Source of the DNA: a virus
Virus record (IMG/VR): IMGVR_UViG_3300042691_030495
Direction: 5' to 3' (one strand)
Length of the DNA stretch: 64,000 nucleotides
Part shown: piece by piece, positions 59,933 through 64,000 of the stretch
Numbering within the stretch: position 1 is the stretch's first letter
Layout of the letters: each line of letters starts with the position of its first letter
Translations under genes and position numbers: made by a program
Notes under the pieces: generated by a model
Database searches by the model: none
What the model saw: the letters and a program-made list of their open reading frames with translations, nothing else
Told to the model about the DNA's origin: nothing

Positions 59933-62221
59933 GACAGTGGTGTTGGTCTAGATCAAGATGCCGCGGCTATTGACAGAATTAACAAGGTTCTAGCTAAGTA
60001 TCGCCCTGAGCCAGCGCCAAGCAACTCTGTACGTCCTGCGGTAGCAGTGGGCGAGCCAGGATCTAAAGCTAACCCACTCAAGCTAGATGACGAGCAGCTA
60101 CAAGAAAAAACTACACAGGTCACTAAAACCAACCTAGCTGCTTCAATTTCAGTTCTTTCTGAACTATATGACGCTTTTGATAATGTTAAAAAATTCGCAT
60201 TTTGGCGAAGAAAATGGGACCGCAACGCTACTAGGCCTATACCAGTAAACCCTGGTACTGGAGCCTACTACAAAGGTCCCAACGTGTTTGCTTTAGAAGA
60301 GGCAGCGGCTAAGAACGGATTTAGCGACCCTCGTTGGATGACCGCTCAGCAAATACTAAATATGGGTGGGTCAGTTCCTAGCGGTACCAAAGGTACACAA
60401 ATCCTAGTCCCTCAGGTTTTGGTTACTGATGTCAAAGGCAAAGTTGTAGAGCTGTATGAGTTTATGAAGGTTACTGTTTTTAATGGCGACCAGGTCGATG
60501 GAATCCCGTCATATAACCAAGATGACAACAAATCATATACTCCAGAAGAAGCTGCGAATATTCTTTTAGACCGCCTACGCGAAGCCTCTGAGATCAGAGA
60601 CACCGGACAACCAAATGTATTTGGGATTCAGCTTGATGAAGATCAAAATCCTCGATGGATGCCAAACTACGGTTCTTTTCAGCCTGAAAAAATACGACTA
60701 CCGCTTAGAGCAAATTTTGAGGATGACGAAGAGTGGTTTAACACTCTAGCTCACGAACTTATCCACTCTACGGGTAAACTTAACCGACTTGATAGAAAAG
60801 AACTAGATAAAGCTTTTGAAGGTGATGACTCAAGTAGGGCGGAGGAAGAGCTTACTGCAGAGCTAGGTGCCATGATTTTAAGTCGAATGTTTGGAATAGG
60901 TTCTGATTCTAAAAACTCTACAGCATACTTACTTAACCACTTAAAAAATGTTAAAGAGCAAGATCGCAACAACGCTGTAACCGCTGCAGTGTCTAGAGCA
61001 CAGGTTGCGGTTGAGTACTTACTGGGGAATGATGTTTTGCCTCAGTGGGACCCACTAAAGACTAAGGTCTTCCCAACCATACAGTCTGAAAGATTAGATG
61101 TCACTACTCCAAAAGCTTCAAGCTTAAACCCAGACCCAACTCCTGACTTTGTTGATGCCCAGTTAGCTGGCTTTGATCAGGCAGTAGGAGAGGAGTCAGT
61201 CGACCAGGGTAAGTCAATATCAAACAGCAAAGACGCCAAAGAAAAAGTTCTGTCTAGCCTGTTAGAAAAAATTAAAGAAGGTAAGACTCCTTGGCGTAAA
61301 CCGTTTAAAGAAGGATCAAACTTTGCAGGAGCAGACTTACCTAGAAACCCAGCATCAAAGCATATCTACAATGGCATAAACGCGATGGTTCTAAGACTAA
61401 ACCAGCAGCTTTCTGGATATGACGACCCTCGTTGGATGACATACAAGCAAGCTCAGGATCTCGGTGGAAACGTTAGAAAAGGCGAGAAGGGTGTTCCAAT
61501 TCTTATACCTTTCAAGCAGGTTCGCAAAGAGAAAGATTCTGCAACTGGACAAGAAGTAGTTACCGGTAGCTTTATAAGATTTGGAACCGGAACAGTCTTT
61601 AACGTCTCTCAGATTGATGGCATTACTCTTCCTACTGCTAAAGAAGAGGCAGGAGAACCAAAGACTCCTCTAGAGGCTCAAGAATTTATTTTAGAGCGCT
61701 ACAAAAAGTCTATGGAAGCTAAAGGTCTAAAGACACCAGAAGTTGAGTACACCTACATTGGAGAGTACGGGAACCACGCTTCTTCTCCAAACTGGAGTCC
61801 TTCTCTAGATAGAATTACACTTCCAACCAAGGAGCAGTTCAACAGTCCAGAAGACATGTTTGACACTATTGCCCACGAGCTAGCCCACAGCACGGGACAC
61901 AAGGATCGCCTAGATAGGACAGAACTTACCAGCAAGTATGGATCTGATAGCGCCGCTCGCGGCCAAGAGGAGCTCATAGCTGAGATAGCAGCTGCTATTT
62001 TGGCGAGCATGTTTGGAGTCAATAGCGACTTTGATAACACTGCAGCTTACGTAAAGAGCTGGCTTGCAGCCCTAAAGGATGACCCTAACATGGTTACCCT
62101 ATCCTCCTCAGAAGCCCAGAAGGTAGTAGACTACATACTAGGCATGGATCTAGGAGACTGGAGTCCAATAGAAGGCTACAAATCTACAGTTACTAAAAAA
62201 GATGGAGACTCAGATGAGTGA
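59909..62221 (+). CDS. Tandem ArdC-like (DUF1738 ssDNA-binding + zincin metallopeptidase) modules, probably expressed as the -1 frameshift extension of 54474-59915
   Basis: Two copies of P.N....Y.G.N...DPRWMT..Q....GG.V..G.KG and HELxH...EEL.AE...N..AY; the ORF track starts it at GTG 60047, which has no SD. Confidence 0.85.
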   Translation, partial: SVAPSEGADSGVGLDQDAAAIDRINKVLAKYRPEPAPSNSVRPAVAVGEPGSKANPLKLDDEQLQEKTTQVTKTNLAASISVLSELYDAFDNVKKFAFWRRKWDRNATRPIPVNPGTGAYYKGPNVFALEEAAAKNGFSDPRWMTAQQILNMGGSVPSGTKGTQILVPQVLVTDVKGKVVELYEFMKVTVFNGDQVDGIPSYNQDDNKSYTPEEAANILLDRLREASEIRDTGQPNVFGIQLDEDQNPRWMPNYGSFQPEKIRLPLRANFEDDEEWFNTLAHELIHSTGKLNRLDRKELDKAFEGDDSSRAEEELTAELGAMILSRMFGIGSDSKNSTAYLLNHLKNVKEQDRNNAVTAAVSRAQVAVEYLLGNDVLPQWDPLKTKVFPTIQSERLDVTTPKASSLNPDPTPDFVDAQLAGFDQAVGEESVDQGKSISNSKDAKEKVLSSLLEKIKEGKTPWRKPFKEGSNFAGADLPRNPASKHIYNGINAMVLRLNQQLSGYDDPRWMTYKQAQDLGGNVRKGEKGVPILIPFKQVRKEKDSATGQEVVTGSFIRFGTGTVFNVSQIDGITLPTAKEEAGEPKTPLEAQEFILERYKKSMEAKGLKTPEVEYTYIGEYGNHASSPNWSPSLDRITLPTKEQFNSPEDMFDTIAHELAHSTGHKDRLDRTELTSKYGSDSAARGQEELIAEIAAAILASMFGVNSDFDNTAAYVKSWLAALKDDPNMVTLSSSEAQKVVDYILGMDLGDWSPIEGYKSTVTKKDGDSDE

Positions 62222-62381
62222 AAAGAAACCAGACATCCTAGGTGGTTACACTGAAAATGATCCAGAATACTGGGCACTTTTAGCAAAGATCATAGGGAAC
62301 CCTGTGCCAGAGTACGAAGACGACAGCGAGTTCGTTGACGAAAATGGCGTTGTCATAAAAGACATAAAGCCCGCTGAATAA
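62214..62381 (+). CDS. Small acidic protein (55 aa)
   Basis: GGAG SD; ATG overlaps the end of the ArdC ORF; MSEKKPDILGGYTENDPEYWALL... Confidence 0.55.
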   Translation: MSEKKPDILGGYTENDPEYWALLAKIIGNPVPEYEDDSEFVDENGVVIKDIKPAE

Positions 62382-62439
62382 ATCACTTATAAAAATAACG
62401 GGTAATATTGACCTAGGGTCTACAATCTATAGGATTTGA

Positions 62440-64000
62440 ATGAATAACCTAATTGGCCGCTCTGGCAGCTTGTCTCTCTATGCTAATAACGAGCATGGAG
62501 TGATTATTGACTCCTCCATCGGAGCAGTTGTTGCTAGTGGTGCTGCTTCTGACGTTTACTTCCTTGAGAGCTGGGATCTTCCGACTGATCCGGGGGCTAA
62601 AGCTGAAATTCTATTAGCTGAAAAAGCCTTGAGCGCTCTTGAAGAAAAAGCTATTGTTGCTGCCGCCGACAGAATGTACACAATTCCGAAAACTGTACAG
62701 GCTGAAGCTAAGAAAGCTTTAGAGTGGCGCAAAGAAGAGAACCGTGGGGGAACTCCTGTAGGTCTTAACACTGCTCGCACTCTTGCAAAAGGCGGTCAGA
62801 TTGGCATTCGTAAGATTCGCCACATTGCAAAATACTTCCCTCGTCATGAGGTAGACAAAAAAGGCAAGGGCTGGAAGCCTGGCCAAGAAAACTATCCATC
62901 TAACGGACGCATCGCGTGGGCACTCTGGGGTGGAGATGCAGCATGGCGCTGGGCACGCACAATTGTAGAGCGTGAAAACAAAAAGCCTGTAACTTCAGGG
63001 GGCTACTACCCAGGGCAGACAAACTTCGAAACAAGCTCGGAAGATATAAATCCATTTAAATACGCTAACGATCTTGACATGCACTACGGACCTGAATTTT
63101 TAGTCAGAGTCTGCTTAGACGGTTCCGGAATGGATCGCCTATACATGGTTGACATCGACGGATCGATTTACGTGTGGGACGACTCTAACTGGGACAACAT
63201 GGGACATGTCGATGGTGATGTGTGGACATACGATCGTATGCTAGATGATGTTTACGATACTCAGGAAAAAACTCACGTAATTATCGACCCTCAGTCGGCT
63301 CTGCAAATAGCAGCACGCATGGCTGTAGATCCTGGTTGCAAAGTAACTATGTATGAGCTTGACCAGGATGAAGCAGCTCTTACTATGTCAGGGCTTCAGG
63401 ATGAAGACTGGGACTTTATAGACCAAGTAATTGTTGCAGCCGGTACAGCTGACCCAACGACATCCCAGGCAGATAAAGATGGTGACGGAGTACTAGACTC
63501 TGATTTCTTATCTGAAAAAGCAGAAAACCAACCTAGAGATGCACGCGGTCAATTTGCTGCTGCAGGTTCTAGGGTTATTGTTGGTGGCGACGCCCAGCGC
63601 GGGTCAGGTGTTATTACAAAAGTAGACAGCAAGACCGGAATGGTTTCCGTTCGACTTGACAGCGGAAAAGAAATTGAAGTAGACGCTAAGTACACCGAAG
63701 GCGAAAAAGGCTTTGTTGGCCCTAGAGCCGTACCTAAGACCGTAGCCCCATTAGACCTTTCTGGAATTATTGGAGAATCTAGAACTCCAATTAACATGCC
63801 TAATGCTCACCTTCCTGGAACGCTACCTCCGATGTCCAGTAGAGACATTGACAACATGCTTTACAACTGGCCTAAGTACGTATCTGACATGCGCAGTTCC
63901 TACAAGCCAGCAGACGCAGCAGACAAAGAACGAGTAAAAAAGACCTGGGGACTTGAAAAGTTTGCAGGAGAAAACTCTATTGTTGCCGCAGCGGAAACAG
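62440..64000 (+). CDS. Large head morphogenesis protein (probable capsid-maturation protease fusion), truncated by the window edge
   Basis: Frame open from ATG 62440 to the end; ALEWR..NRGGTPVG...YFPRHEVDK...PSNGRIAWALWGGDA domain, QPRDARGQF motif; no protease domain is visible within the window. Confidence 0.65.
   Translation, partial: MNNLIGRSGSLSLYANNEHGVIIDSSIGAVVASGAASDVYFLESWDLPTDPGAKAEILLAEKALSALEEKAIVAAADRMYTIPKTVQAEAKKALEWRKEENRGGTPVGLNTARTLAKGGQIGIRKIRHIAKYFPRHEVDKKGKGWKPGQENYPSNGRIAWALWGGDAAWRWARTIVERENKKPVTSGGYYPGQTNFETSSEDINPFKYANDLDMHYGPEFLVRVCLDGSGMDRLYMVDIDGSIYVWDDSNWDNMGHVDGDVWTYDRMLDDVYDTQEKTHVIIDPQSALQIAARMAVDPGCKVTMYELDQDEAALTMSGLQDEDWDFIDQVIVAAGTADPTTSQADKDGDGVLDSDFLSEKAENQPRDARGQFAAAGSRVIVGGDAQRGSGVITKVDSKTGMVSVRLDSGKEIEVDAKYTEGEKGFVGPRAVPKTVAPLDLSGIIGESRTPINMPNAHLPGTLPPMSSRDIDNMLYNWPKYVSDMRSSYKPADAADKERVKKTWGLEKFAGENSIVAAAET

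Noticed and set aside
60047-60049. GTG at 60047 as an independent start for the ArdC gene
   Set aside because: No SD or promoter is visible, and the frame is open upstream to the slippery site and encodes a GLDQD linker.
54995-63797. Minus-strand ORFs across the head module
   Set aside because: They fully overlap well-supported plus-strand genes and have no recognisable motifs.

Overview
This window is a 64-kb piece of a large tailed dsDNA phage genome. The host is most likely an actinobacterium, possibly a freshwater Microbacteriaceae-type host. That is an inference from a DUF6421 gene, a ClgR-like regulator, an actinophage-type portal and many apparently leaderless genes. Layout: (1) 0.3-10.4 kb, an accessory cluster with a GT60-like and GT61-like glycosyltransferases, four 2OG-Fe(II)/JmjC oxygenases, a sugar nucleotidyltransferase, two tRNAs, an HNH nuclease and thyX. 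(2) 10.5-20.3 kb, peptidoglycan hydrolases, membrane and surface proteins and many small ORFs. (3) 20.9-21.9 kb, an AT-rich origin-like region of convergent repeats. (4) 23-29 kb, a candidate structured RNA, an HNH, a TerS-like gene and a 14-copy DNA motif. (5) 29.4-43.7 kb, an early/host-takeover region with a conserved promoter motif, a MoxR-vWA pair and a subtilisin. (6) 43.7-44.3 kb, a dense GATC cluster. (7) 44.5-64 kb, HTH genes, NlpC/P60, a collagen-like fibre, terminase, portal, Dps and head-associated genes. The strongest candidate for a new system is in the head module. A giant acidic protein (54474-59915) is built of small domains separated by a recurring G[LF]DQ[DA] linker. It is joined by a canonical -1 frameshift cassette (C CCA AAA plus hairpin) to a tandem ArdC/metallopeptidase extension carrying the same linker. 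This suggests a frameshift-dosed, protease-processed, capsid-delivered effector polyprotein of about 2,580 aa. All family assignments come from motif recognition by eye; no searches were run.
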